The notes beneath the pieces were generated by a model. The model ran no database searches, was not told where the DNA came from, and saw only the letters and a program-made list of their open reading frames with translations. A stretch of DNA of 64,000 bases from Octopus vulgaris (Eukaryota). The position numbers were made by a program, and so were the translations under genes. The stretch spans positions 54,994,001-55,058,000 of the forward strand of contig OX597825.1 in assembly GCA_951406725.2 (NCBI GenBank). Direction: 5' to 3'. Of this stretch, positions 1-12,799 are shown one piece after another; within the stretch, counting starts at the first letter, position 1; each line of letters begins with the position of its first letter.

Positions 1-327
1 CACCCTCACCATTAGTACCTCTTCTGTATATAAGATGTTCATTTGGAAAGTAAAATTCCAGCTGAGATTATTTTTTAGTCAATGAAACATTTGTCATGGT
101 ATGATAAAAGAACTAGTTTGTTAAGTTGTAATTAATGTTAATACGTATAAGAACAATTATATATTATGTAAGAACTTTTTATTAGGTTGTAATTAATATG
201 TAAAGAACTATTCGTTAAATGTCTAACTATTGGAGACAAGTTGTCGTTAAAAGATAATTACAACGTTCCAGACTATTAACCTTGTCTTTACTGATGGAAT
301 TTTTTTTGTAATATTTACACTGACACA

Positions 328-480
328 AGAATGCCTGTGTGGTTAAGAGACTTGATTCCCAGGCACACAGACTCATGTTCAATTCCACTGCATGGAACCT
401 TGGGCAAATGTTGTTTACAGTTCTGGGCTAACCAAAGCCCTGCAAGTGAATATGGTAAATGGAAACCAAAAGAAGCCTCA
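328..480 (+). mobile_element. tRNA-derived CORE-like SINE, family A, 5' half
   Basis: Decayed head (gcctgtgtggttaag...gttcaattcc), CORE-like ggaaccttgggcaaatg, then accaaagcc..gtga..ggaaac..aagaagcc shared with more than 10 copies in the window. Confidence 0.75.
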
Positions 481-510
481 TATATTTATGTGTGCATGTG
501 GTGGGTTATC

Positions 511-872
511 TCTTACTTGTTTCAGTCATGAGACAGTAGCCATACTGGGGCACAGCCTTGAAGAATCTTTTTTTTAAAACCTGGGACCTATTCTGTTGGA
601 CTCCTTTACCGAATCACTTAGTTATGGTGACATAAACACACCAACACTGGTTGTCAAGTGGTGATGGGGGTCAAACACAGAAACAAACACACACACATAT
701 ATATATATATTTGATGGGCTTCTTTCAGTTTCTGTCTACCAAATCCACTCACAAGACATTGATTGGCCCAAGACTATAATAAAAGACACCTACCCTTAGC
801 GTCATGCAGTGGGGCTGAACCCAGAGCAATCTGGTTGGAAAGCAAGCTTCTTACTGCATAGACAAACCTGTG
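511..872 (-). mobile_element. SINE family A, near full length
   Basis: Reverse complement of the family A tail (acttgtttcagtca), internal (CA)/(TA) tract and head (ggaaagcaagcttcttac). Confidence 0.85.
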
Positions 873-1463
873 TCTATTATTTTCCTTTTGTTGTATAGCT
901 GAAAGGTGTTTGTCCATTGTATATGTAAAATTTTTTTCTGTTGCACTTTCATCATTATTTCATAATATTATGTTCGTCCAACAGTTGAAAGACCCTTTCT
1001 GTTATTTATTTATTTGTATTTATAAATGTACAATTATTTTCCTTCTGTTGTATAGCCGAAAGGCGTTTGTCTGTTGTATATGTTTAATTCTAGCTTTTTT
1101 GTTTTTGTTTTCATTCTTGTTTTCCTTCTTGTAAACATTCATTTGCTTTTCCCAGAGGCTTAATGCTTTTAGCTTAGGTCTCTGGCACTTGCCAGACTTG
1201 AGTTGTCTCAGTGATAAAAAAGTGCGAAATTGCAAGGACTTTCCAGACACTGACTGAAGAGGAAATTAGCTGCGAATGATTCCTGTATCTTGATTTGTCC
1301 TGTTTACCATTTGTTATGTTATCGTCTATTTTTCCGCATGTTGTGTTCTTTCTGTCCTACCCTTGATATGTGTGTGCATATGTGTGTGTGTGTGTGTGTG
1401 TATTACAGTTCTATATTTAAGAGATGACATTTGACGGATATTTCTCCTCATCTTGTTTGTTGT

Positions 1464-1510
1464 CAACTCAATGTTTCAGCTGATATACCCTCCAGCCTTC
1501 CTCAGGTGTC
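1464..1510 (-). ncRNA. degenerate minimal type-I hammerhead ribozyme motif
   Basis: Minus strand gacac-CTGAGGA-a-ggctg-gagggtatat-cagct-GAAAC-ATT-gagtt; stem II pairs; ACGT to ACAT is consistent with CpG decay. Confidence 0.6.
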
Positions 1511-1733
1511 TTGGGTTCTCATTTCTAAGGTACTTTTTGATGTTGTTATTATTATTATTATTATTATTCACAGGCATATGGCATAGTGATTAAGAGCACG
1601 GACTACTAACCCCAAGATTCCAAGTTCGATTCCAGGCAGTAACCTGAATAATAATAATAATGATAATAATAATAATAATAATAACATTGAAAAATAATTT
1701 AGGAATGAGAATCCAGGTTCGAAATTTCCCCAA

Positions 1734-1779
1734 GACACCTGATGAAGTCTGGATGGTATATCAGCGAAAACATTGTGTT
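1734..1779 (+). ncRNA. degenerate minimal type-I hammerhead ribozyme motif
   Basis: gacac-CTGATGA-agtctg-gatggtatat-cagc-GAAAAC-ATT-gtgtt; stem I gacac/gtgtt. Confidence 0.6.
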
Positions 1780-1822
1780 AACAACAAACAAGATGAGGAT
1801 AAATATCTGTCAAATGTAAATA

Positions 1823-1863
<41 letters not shown>

Positions 1864-2371
1864 CATGTATGTATTCATGTAAGTGTGTGTGTGTGTATGT
1901 TATATGTGTGTGTTTGAGTCTCTTTGTCTTGACATTTTATGTTAGTTGTAAGTGAGTGTCACTGTCATACAAGCAGTGTCATTCATTTCCAATATTTTAT
2001 GAAAACGTGTCTAGCCATGGGAAATATAGCCATAATTAGAAACAGTGGGGGATTGAGAAGAAGAAGGGGATTCAACCAAAGAAAATCTGCCTCAATACAC
2101 TTCATCCGACCCATACATGTATAGAAAAGTGGATGTCAAAACAAAGATTATGATGATGACATTATATACAAACATTAGTGTTTAATGGATAACAATATTA
2201 CTACACTGAGTTTAAACATTAAGATCTCTAGATCAAATCTCATCAGATACTATATGGATATCAACAAGTTAGACATCCATTGATAGTCATGGATCAAACC
2301 AATTGAGATATAGAATAGATAGAAATATATAAAACAACCTTTTATCTCTAATGATGAAATTTGAAGTAGGT

Positions 2372-2532
2372 GCAGGCATGGCTCTGTGGTTACCTAGTTT
2401 GCTTTCCAATTATGGGTCTTTGGTTGAGTCCCACTACATGACGCCTTAGGCAGGTGTCTTTCATTAAAGACCCTGGGCAGACCAAAGCCTTGTGAATGGT
2501 GTTAGTAGATGAACACTGAAAGAAGCCCATCA
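2372..2532 (+). mobile_element. SINE family A, 5' half
   Basis: gcaggcatggctctgtggtt head; ccttaggcaggtgtctt core; accaaagccttgtga. Confidence 0.8.
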
Positions 2533-3339
2533 TGTATGTGTGTGTGTGTGTAAGTGTACACACTCACACACACATATATATATAGATAAAAATTTAAGGA
2601 GGGTGTACATTACATAAATATTTTCAGGATAAAATAAAAAGAAGACAACAAAAGGAAAATTTGACATATCTATATATATAATTTAAAACAAAATTGTAGT
2701 AAATAAACAAATGAACATATACTAAATATACAGGTGAACAGAAAACACAGAAGGTCACCAACTCCTCTTCAGTTATCGGCCAGAGGGTCAAACGTAATTT
2801 CAGCCATGATCAATAATATTGCTTCCACTCTGGAGGCACCAACAAGAAACTTGCTGGGAATGAGACCAAAATATAACAAGATGAGACGGGCTCGAGACAA
2901 GACCATTAGTGGATGGACGAAGGATAAAAAAATAACAGAATAAAGGTTTAGGGCCAGATGAAGACAACAATTAATGATAATAATAATAATAGATATATAA
3001 CAAAAAAAAAAGCCGTGAGACTGCAAGACAGACAAAAGTGGGTAAAACAAAGGAGAAATGAAAACTATCCTAAAGGACTATAGAAGTGGGAGGAGTAGAG
3101 CAAGGAGCACAGAGAATCATGACCAGTCCAGTCAAAGGCAACATGAGAAAGAATGACACCACCTTAGTTCGTCACAAGTCACATGATAGTGGGAGGAGAG
3201 AGGAATAGTCAGAGAGGTTAGAGATATACACAGAGCTGGAAACAAGTGGGAAATGATGACTAGTAAGGCATCCATAGAAAATCTACTTCAATAAATTCTG
3301 ACAAACTCATGTAAGCATGGAAATGTGGGATGTTACATG

Positions 3340-3640
3340 GGCTAGTGTCTTCTACAATAGCCCTGCGCTAACCAAAGCCTTGTGAGAGGGATTGTTTGAT
3401 GGAAACTGAAAGATGCCAACTGTGTGTGACTTTATCTTTGTGTTTGATCTCTGCCACTACTTGATAACTTGTATTAGTTTGTTCAAGTCCCTGTAACTTA
3501 GCAGTTTGACCAAAGTGACTGATAGAATAAGTACCAAGCTTACAAATATACATAATGGGGTTAATTTGTTCAACTAAACCCATGAAGGCAGTGTTCCAGT
3601 ATGGTCATAGACCAGTGAGTGAAATAAGTAAAAGCTAAAA
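3340..3640 (+). mobile_element. SINE family A, 5'-truncated
   Basis: accaaagccttgtga...ctgtaacttagcagtt...gatagaataagtacc...gaaataagtaaaag tail. Confidence 0.8.
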
Positions 3641-4223
3641 GATATATTGTGTACCAGAACAATGGTTTGATATATAAGTAAATGAATTAATCTCTGTATG
3701 GTCACTCACCATGCTAAAAATAGCAATCAAATCTATCTCAGATTACACCTGATCATCTTATAAAATGATTCTCTGGTGAATGTAGTTTTAGACTATTCCT
3801 TGATAAAAAAAAAAAAAGGGTGAGATGGCCACACCTGGAACACTTCTGATCATGGTCTGCAAGATCAAAGGACAGAAGTGAGACTACATATAAACAAGAA
3901 CAGCCACCATTGACAAAACAAAGTTCTTTTTTTTTTTTTTTTTTTACTTCTGTAAATTCTCTGCAAATTCTTTGATTGTTTTGAAAACTGATTGAAACAG
4001 ATTGACTTTCTGAGATTTCTTCTTAGAAACATGGTAATGGAAATGTTTACTACTATTCCAAGAATTTAGGAGAATCAACAAAGACGCCATAATTTTCTAA
4101 TTGCCAATATATAACATTTTTGTCTTCTGTTTATACATATATTTATTGTTTCCTTCTTTCAGCAGCAAATGATTATAATTATTGGCTTAAGATGGAGACA
4201 AACAGAAAAATACACGTTGACAA

Positions 4224-4268
<45 letters not shown>

Positions 4269-5235
4269 CATATACCCGCACACATTGTCACATACATACA
4301 TACACAGACATACAGAGGTATGCAAAGATACAGATAAATATGGATATAAGCAGAGATGCAGATATACATATAGACACACACACAGGTCCATGGGCAAAAA
4401 TACAAATATATATATATATAACTACACAAACACACACATAAAATTTGGATAAGGATACACATGCACACAATCACATATAAACACACAGATTCACAAATGG
4501 AGACATACATGCACACAAAGGTGCACATAAATAAGGGCATATACATAAACACATGCAAAAGCATGCACACTTACTTTCATACACAGTGTGACACACAAAC
4601 TCATACAGTGACATAGACATACAGTGACCCACAGTTACTCATCTATCAATGAGTAAAATTAACCAGAGATGGATGTATTGAAAGCTTTATGTCACCAATA
4701 TACATGATGTTTGCTTTATATAGTAATAATCATATGTCACATTCGACATCCTTCAAACAAAAGGCTGTGTTGAAGACATATCATTAATAGCATTAAAATA
4801 CAAGCACTATGTTTGTGTGTGTGTGTGAGTGTAAACACAACACAAGTAATATGAAAATTTGTATTAGTTTCACAGTGAATGAATAAAGGAAAGAAAGTCT
4901 GACATAGAAGACATTGCATCTCTATCAGAACAATTAAAGTAAAACAAGGAATGAGACAGAGAGCAATAGAGAGAAAAAGAAAGAGAAAAGACAAGTAATT
5001 CCAAGAGTATTTACGAGAAAGGTACATTTTTGAGTGTTACAGAAGTAGGGGTAGAAAATTGTTTTCAATTTAAAAGAATTTGCAAAGGCAAACAATAATA
5101 ATGACACAGTGTATCAATTGGTATATGAGTGCATGTGGGGATACATGTGTCTAAATGAGTTTTATGTTGACCTCGTGAAGACCACTTGCTTTTTTTTCCC
5201 TCTGTCCTCCCACCTCGGGATCTTTCTTTCTCCTA

Positions 5236-5272
5236 TGTTTCCCACGAAGAGCTCCGCTCGAAACGTCATACC
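5236..5272 (+). ncRNA. hammerhead-like motif with mutated core, in a Penelope-type tail (about 5200-5368)
   Basis: gttt-CCCACGA-a-gagc-tcc-gctc-GAAAC-GTC-atac; perfect stem II and palindromic ACGT stem III, but the CTGA core is damaged. Confidence 0.55.
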
Positions 5273-5363
5273 CTCCTTCTTCCCTTTTTTCCTGAGCGCC
5301 CAATAATACTTTAATTGTTCCACATCCTCGCGTTGTTGTCTTTTTGTTTTCTTGTTTGGATTA

Positions 5364-5406
<43 letters not shown>

Positions 5407-5590
5407 ATGTGTGTGTGTGTTTGTGTGTGTATGTATAGTATATTTGCCACTTAAATGTGGCTAACCCTTAAGGGTGGATGCTACTATAGCTTGTAGCCCC
5501 AGGAGGACACCTCCTCCAGCTGGCTCTTGACACACTTTCTGTGCCCCATCAGTATTTGCAAAGGGAAGCCATCCTTCCCATCTTCAACCT

Positions 5591-5688
5591 GGTATGATAC
5601 ACACGGACTCGAGTTTCTGGGTATTGACTGTCATCAGACGGGTCAATACCTAGAATACCCAGAAACTCGAGTCCGTGTATATCATATC
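5591..5688. repeat. fold-back inverted repeat centred on a hammerhead-like core
   Basis: Perfect 25-bp arms 5601-5625/5654-5678 (acacggactcgagtttctgggtatt); minus strand reads CTGATGA-cagtcaataccca-GAAAC-TCGA-GTC. Confidence 0.85.
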
Positions 5689-6131
5689 ATATATATATAT
5701 CGTATATATACAGCATATATATATATATACCATATATATACAGCATATATATATATCGTATATATATAGCATATATATATATATATATATATATATCATA
5801 TACATACCATATATATATATATATATATATATTGTATACATACAGCATATATATATACACACACACATGTATAGCATTGCGTGTATATATACATGTTATA
5901 TATACACATATATATATATATATAGTGCTTAGTGCTACAGGTAACATGTAGCCCAGTACAATTTGTTGCATGGCGGGGCTATTGTCAAGTAAGCTGTCAA
6001 CACCACCAAGATTGTTTGATGAGAAGGGTTTTTGGATATCCTGTGAGATGAAAACCAGATCTTAGTTTTTACCCCAAAGAACCTCAGGAGAGCCAAGAGT
6101 TATCTAACTACGTGAGGCATGGCTGTAGGTT

Positions 6132-6410
6132 CAGGTGTGGCTGTGTGGTAAGAAGTTTGCTTCCCAACCTCTTGGTTCCATGTTCAGTTTGGGCAAATGT
6201 CTTCACTAGAGCCTTCGGCCTTGTGAGTGGATTTCTTAGATGGAAAAATGAAAGAAGCCCATGATGTGTGTGTGTGTGTGTGTGTTCAACACTACTTGAC
6301 AGCAAGTGTTGATATGTTTACATACCTGTAACTTAGCAGATGAGCAAACGAAACTGACAGAATAAGTAGCAGGCTTAAAAAATAAGCATTTAGTGTCAGT
6401 TTGTTCAACT
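6132..6410 (+). mobile_element. SINE family A (internal deletion)
   Basis: tggctgtgtggtaagaagtttgcttcccaacc head, (TG)n, ctgtaacttagcag, gaataagta. Confidence 0.8.
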
Positions 6411-6474
6411 TATGCACCTTGTTCGCAGTTCCCTCACTTGTCTCTGTCTTTTGTGCACTTTTACTATATATACA

Positions 6475-6511
<37 letters not shown>

Positions 6512-6515
<4 letters not shown>

Positions 6516-6853
6516 AAGTGCATGGCTCAGTGTTAGAGCATTGAGCTTACAATCATGAGGTTGTGAGTTTGATTGCTAGACTAGGCTGTGTGTTGTGTTC
6601 TAGAACAAGACACTTCATTTCACATTGCTCCAGTTCACTCAGCTGTAGAAATGGGTTATGACATCATTGGTGCCAATCTGTATCAGCCTCTGCCTTTCCC
6701 TTGGATAACATTGGTGGCATGAAGAGGGGAGGCTGGTATGTGTGGGCAATTGCTGGTCTACCATAAACAACCTTGCTGGGACTTCTGCCTTGAAGGGGAA
6801 CTTTCTAGGTGCAATCTCATGGTCATTCATGACCAAACGAGGTCTTTGCTCCT
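6512..6853 (+). mobile_element. tRNA-derived CORE-like SINE, family C
   Basis: Colinear with 49181-49527: catggctcagtg head, ttgctccagttcactcagctgtagaaatg, ccttggataac, ctaggtgcaa. Confidence 0.88.
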
Positions 6854-8649
6854 TTACTTCTATATATCTGTGTGTAAGTGTGTGTGCATGTAATATATAT
6901 ATGTAAATATAATCTCTAGTATATATAATTTCCAGTAAGGTAGGCAGACAGAGCAGACAGACAAATATAAAGTCTATACATATTTAAAGTTTCATTCCTC
7001 ATCATTTATGGGGTACACACAAACACATGCATAGACACATACAACACAAGATGCAATATACAACACATAAAAGCTACCATCTACATACACACTAGCAAGG
7101 CTAGGAAAGCAAGTCTCCCAGACCCAATTTAGTAGGAAATGTCACAAAACAGATAAGACAAAACATGAAATACCTACATAGCAAAATACCAAGGGAAAGA
7201 GATTGAGAGATAAATAGCAGGCAACAAGGTGTTCTCCTGCAGGCCTGTCTGTTTCACACAAAACATATATCAGTCAGTGCAGATAGTCTCTTGCAATTAA
7301 GACTGGAAGAATTTTCTAAGTGTCATTCAGAACATTCTTCTGTGTGTGTTGTGTAAGTGTGTTATAAAGTAAATGATTTTTTATTCTTAAGTGTGACAAT
7401 GTAAATATGACTTTACATGTGTATGTTTATATATGTATGCCTGTGTGAATATGTGAATTTATGATGGCTGTATGTGTGATAGTGTATTTATGTGTATGAA
7501 TATGTGTGAATTTATGATAGTTGTATATGTGAATGTGTGTAAATTTAGATGTATATGAGAGACTATAATTGTGCATATCTGTGTATGCGAGTGTGTATAT
7601 ATGTGAATGTGTATATGTAAGTCTATGTTTGATAGTATATGTGTAAATTTAGGTGTCTGAGAGTGTGTTCCTCTGTGAGAGAGAGAGAGAGAAATAGAGA
7701 TAGAGAGAGACAGAGGGAGTGAGTGCACTATGTTTCCAGTGATATCCTCATTAACATCCTTACCACTGTGGTCTTGTTACAGCCAAAGTTTGTTTTCCCT
7801 CCAGAGAAAGAAAAAAACTGCTTCATGAGGAAATCATTGCTAAATATTTACAACAAACCCAAACACTCACCAAAGGATTGTGATAGTTTACACATGTTTG
7901 AAATAGTGCAAATCACATACACACACACTATCTTTCTCACTCTTGCCCATGCCTGTACTCTGGAATGGGCCCTCTGCTCTCACCTCAATGCGGAAAGCCA
8001 CATGCAGAGGAATCACCTTCCAGGTACAAAACTATGGTGTCAGGAGACATAAGATGCCAACACAGAATATAGGAGACATATATATATATATATATATATA
8101 TACATATGTGTGTGTGTGCGCGCATATATATATATATGCATAGGAGCATATAAATAAAACAGACTACATAATAAATTTCAATAAATCTCTAGAGACTTAA
8201 GGCTATCAGATGTACCTGCACAGATCTGTTAATATATACATTTATTTGCATGCAAGTGTGTGTGTGTGTGTGTATACATATATATATAAATAGAGGCACT
8301 AAACAGTAAAGATACCAGGTGAAGTTAGGAGTGTGTGTATTTAGTTAACACACATTTCCAGCGCCTAGCTATGGAAAATAGATATTGTGGTTAAACCAAG
8401 ATTTTTTTTTCCTATCTTATTGCTAGAAAAATAGATCCACCTAACTTGTTTTAATATTTATTAGTACTTCATTAGAGACTAATCCCTTAGTTTCCTGACC
8501 ACACAGAGAGATGCAGTTTATAGCTATTCATAGCATACATAACTTCAAACCAAAAGAAATTGGTTTGTCTAATTTGCATAACTACTAGCATTGCAAATGA
8601 GAATTAAGTAGTGAATAGAAGTACTACACAGTGTTAAAGTAAACTTACT

Positions 8650-9118
8650 GGTATGTTTTTGACTAAAGTGCTATATGATCAAACTGTTTAAGACTAGTGT
8701 CATCAGACCAAAGTGATTTGTACCAAGTGTCTAAGACCAAAGTGATTTGTAGTAAGTGTCTAAGACCAAAGAGATTTGTACCAAGTGTCTAAGACCAACG
8801 TGATTTATGACCAAAGCCATTTTGGACCAAGGTGTAAAACACCAAAGTGATTCTAGACTGAAGTGTTTTAGACCAGTATGTTTTAGATGAAAATGTTACA
8901 AGGCCAAATTTTCTTACACCAAATAGTCATTAAACCGAAGTGTTTAAGATAGAGTTGTAATGCCTAAATATCTTCAGATCAAGATGCCCTAAGGCCAAAT
9001 TATTTTAGATAAAATTGTCATTAAACCCAAGTTTTTTTGTAAACAAACTCATCATTAGATCAAAGCGTCAATTAGACCAAAATGTTAATTAGACTGGTGT
9101 CAATTAGACCAAAGTGAA
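8650..9118. repeat. degenerate 15-16-bp minisatellite (agaccaaagtg core) with a 29-bp higher-order block
   Basis: About three copies of agaccaaagtgatttgtaccaagtgtcta from 8705, decaying into 15-16-mers on both sides. Confidence 0.85.
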
Positions 9119-10704
9119 TATAGAGTGGGATAATATATTTACTAGGAAACCTAAAAGAGGAAATGATTGATAACAAGTGGAGAAAGGCAGAGTCTAGACT
9201 ATGTTAATTAATGGAGAAAAAAGAAATGAATTGAGTTCACAGACATTGAAAGACAAATAGATTGTTTAAAATAAATGATAATAATAAATCGTTTTAGTTT
9301 CCAAAATGAATAGAAAGCTACTCTGAAATAATATTAGATTAATTCTACAAAATAGGAATTGGTAAATATATTTTTCTGTTTTGTTTGTAGAATGTTTATC
9401 TTACTTTGCGATAGTTTAAAGCTAAGTAGGTTCTCTTATTTACATTAGTTGATCTCCAAAGACATCTGAATGTTTCCTCATCTGTCTAATATATTCAAGT
9501 TGTTCCGCTGTCTTTTATACATTTACCAAACTTTCCGCTGTGCACTTCCAACAACCTGCTAAAAGTATACATCACTGAAACCTACTGAACTTCACTTCAC
9601 CTCACACATTTTCAAGACCACTACACAAGTGCTTTATCATTTTCCCAGTTCACCAGAAATACATCTGTGTGAAGGAAACCTTTTATGATCATGCAAGCAT
9701 TACACTGAATATACAACACCCCTTCATAAATTCATTAAAGGTTCATTTCACTTTATCTCTCCACTTCCATAGACTTTCATAGTGCTAAGGAGTTTCCTAT
9801 GCCTCCCTATCATCATGTCACTTATCTAACATGGACACACACCAAAATAAGTAGGTTCCACCACTTATGCCATGTTTGTTTATGTGATTATGTGAGGTTT
9901 TATCAAAGAAGCAGTTTCTATGAGCTTTGCAGGTCATGTGATCAGACTGATGTGATTGATATGATTGATATACATCCTGAATAACAGTCTGCATTTCGGT
10001 ATTGGTGTGGTCCAAATACTTCCAACAAAGGGATTAGGGGCATAATGAAAGGGCCAGGGAGTGTTAACCCAGGTGGCATGCTAGCTCTACTGCAAGAGGC
10101 AGACCTAGTGCTTCATAATCTACTAAATCTAAGAAGTACTTATCTCCTTTATCAATACAGAGTGAAAAAAAAAAAAATGGTTTAAATCACATGCATATAG
10201 GGCAGTAAGAACCAAAACAATGATGTCTCTATTAATTTGCAATATGTTCTGGCAGACCTAAATGTTAATATACTAATCACAGTTGTGTGTGTGTGTGAGA
10301 GAGAGAGAGAGGGAGAGAGAGTGTGTGTATGTGTGTGTGTGTGTGTTTATGTGCGTGTGTGTGTGTATGTGTGTGCGTATACAGATATATACAATTTTTT
10401 TTTATATAATCGTATTCAGTTTCCACTGAGGTAGAATTTGCCTTTAGTCCTTTTGGAGGGAGTCAATAAAATATGAACCAATTGAACACTGATGCTGATG
10501 TAATCAATCAAAGTTTTCAGGCCTGGTGCCAATAGTAGAAAGGAATTTTCTTATTCAGTAGTCTTAATTTTATTGCCTGCTTTTGTTATACTACTGTGTG
10601 CCTTATGTATGTGCAGTGCCTTGTGGTACTTAGCAGTGCCTTTTATTGATTGTTATGCATATTTGTAAGTACTGGGGTTTTGCCTATGCATTTGTCTGCA
10701 AGTT

Positions 10705-10882
10705 TTATTATTATTATTATTATTGCTTTTAACTCAGGTTTTGAAACTCTTGGAGTCTTTCATGTATAGCAGACTTGTTATCTACAGCATTCAGTATCAT
10801 GCTATCTGTTCTTCACAACTATCTAATACTTTCCCAATGATTCTGGCTGTGCCAAGGTGGCAACCCTTTTGTAATAGATCTA
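10705..10882 (-). mobile_element. 5'-truncated Dong/R4-like LINE 3' end with (TAA)n tail
   Basis: Minus strand encodes DLLQKGCHLGTARIIGKVLD (LQK..LLGTA.I.RKVL end of REL-endonuclease LINEs), short UTR, then (aat)n. Confidence 0.7.
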
Positions 10883-10889
10883 CAGATCT

Positions 10890-11340
10890 ATAAAATAAGT
10901 ACCAGTTGAACAATGGGGTCGATTTATTTGACTTAATCTTTCCTCCAAAATTGCTGGCCTTGTGCCAAAATTTGAAATCATTATTGTTATTACAATTATC
11001 ATTATTATGGCAGTGAGCTGGCTAAATTATTAGGCAAACTAAACAAAATGCTTAGTGTCAAGTACTGGAGTTAACGGTACTGATTAATCTCCTACTTAAA
11101 ACTGATGGCCTCATACCTAAATCAGAAATTGTTATTAACAAGAAAATGGTAAAATTGTTAGCACAGTAGACAAAATGCCATGCAGTAATTCTTCTGTCTC
11201 TTTACGTTTTTGAGTTCAAATTTGTCATTTATCTTTTTGGGATTGATGAAATGAAATATCAGTTAAATGCTGGAGTTGATGCTATCACCTAACTCCCACC
11301 ACTCAAAATTGCTATCGTGGTTCCTAAGTCAGAAATCATT
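10890..11340 (+). mobile_element. cluster of Nin-domain-like SINE pieces (family D)
   Basis: ggcagtgagctggc head; tgagttcaaat; ataaaataagtaccagttg..ggggtcgat; aaaattgctggccttgtgcc tails repeated three times. Confidence 0.7.
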
Positions 11341-11547
11341 GTATAAAAATCATTATCAACATCATCATCATCATCATTATTATTATTATTAGTAGTAGTA
11401 ATAGTTGTAGTAGCAGCATTATTGTCTTAAGTACTTTGTGCATTTTTTTGGCAAACACTGTCATTTTAAATTATAAATACAGCGCAACTACAATCCTTCA
11501 TAAATATGTATGTACACACACACACACTCATATATATATATATATAT

Positions 11548-11586
<39 letters not shown>

Positions 11587-11629
11587 TATACATGTATATA
11601 CACACGCATGCATATCTGTATAAATGTAT

Positions 11630-11685
<56 letters not shown>

Positions 11686-12097
11686 AGGTGAAGCATGACA
11701 GGAAGTAATAATTTAAAATGAAAATAAATTTTCCATTACAGTTTTTTTCTGGTTTACCTTTTTCCAAAAATGTTATGTTCAATTTTTCAAGTGTTCTAAT
11801 TCTGAATTTCTATTGTGCCATTCAATGTCTGCAACACTTGTTTCAACATCAGCATAGCTTTGAGTGGGCCACCAATCATTGTCAAGATTCCTTGTCAAAC
11901 CTTCTTCATTTTGGCAGCAGTTAATATCATACACAATTGCCTGCATACACATGCATATTCATACAGATATATAAATATTGATACATACAGACATATATCC
12001 ATATATACATATGTATATACACATGCATTCATACATAGATATATACATATACATGCACATGTAGATTGCTAGATAGATACATACAAACAAACACACT

Positions 12098-12145
<48 letters not shown>

Positions 12146-12467
12146 CACACATATATACATATATATACAGAGAGAGGGGGGAGGGAGAAAGAGAAGGACA
12201 GGAGATACATTCACATACACACAGATACACACACATGAACACCTACTCATCATACACATACACTTACATATATCTGTCTGTCTATCTATCTATGTATGTA
12301 TCTATCTATCTATCGATCTATCCATCCATCCATCCATCAATCTAACTCTCTCTATCTATCTATCTAGATGGATAGATAGATAGACAGACAGACAGACAGA
12401 TGGATACATATATAATGCATGAACATATATACACAAACATACATGTGTGTGTGTATGTGTTAGTATA

Positions 12468-12548
<81 letters not shown>

Positions 12549-12799
12549 GCACACATATTTGTGTGTGTGAGTGTGTGTGTCCAAGGTTTGTAAATAGATA
12601 CACTGTCCCTATGTGTTGTAAGAGGTGACTGAAAGAGTTGATTAGTGAAGGGTATCCAGCTGTAAAAACCCATCTCAAAAAAGTTTCACTTCACCCCTAA
12701 CTGTATTGAAAAATAGGTATGGAAACAACAATTGTGTGTGAGTGTGTATATGTATATGTATATATGTCTGTACTTATGTGTTTATCAATCAGCAACATT

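Larger units (their letters stand above)
1427..1826 (+). mobile_element. tRNA-headed element with hammerhead-bearing tail and an inverted copy of that tail (Penelope-like/retrozyme-like SINE)
   Basis: Arms 1427-1570 and 1645-1817 are reverse complements; spacer 1571-1644 has A-box tggcatagtga and B-box gttcgattcc; each arm carries a hammerhead-like core. Confidence 0.7.

Noticed and set aside
7764-7798. 35-nt minus-strand exon with GTAAGG donor
   Set aside because: Needs a rare GAG acceptor; the peptide FGCNKTTVVRML looks more like a decayed Tc1-type helix-turn-helix, itself too weak to call.
8705-8800. CRISPR-like 29-bp repeats
   Set aside because: Repeats are contiguous with no unique spacers; eukaryotic minisatellite.
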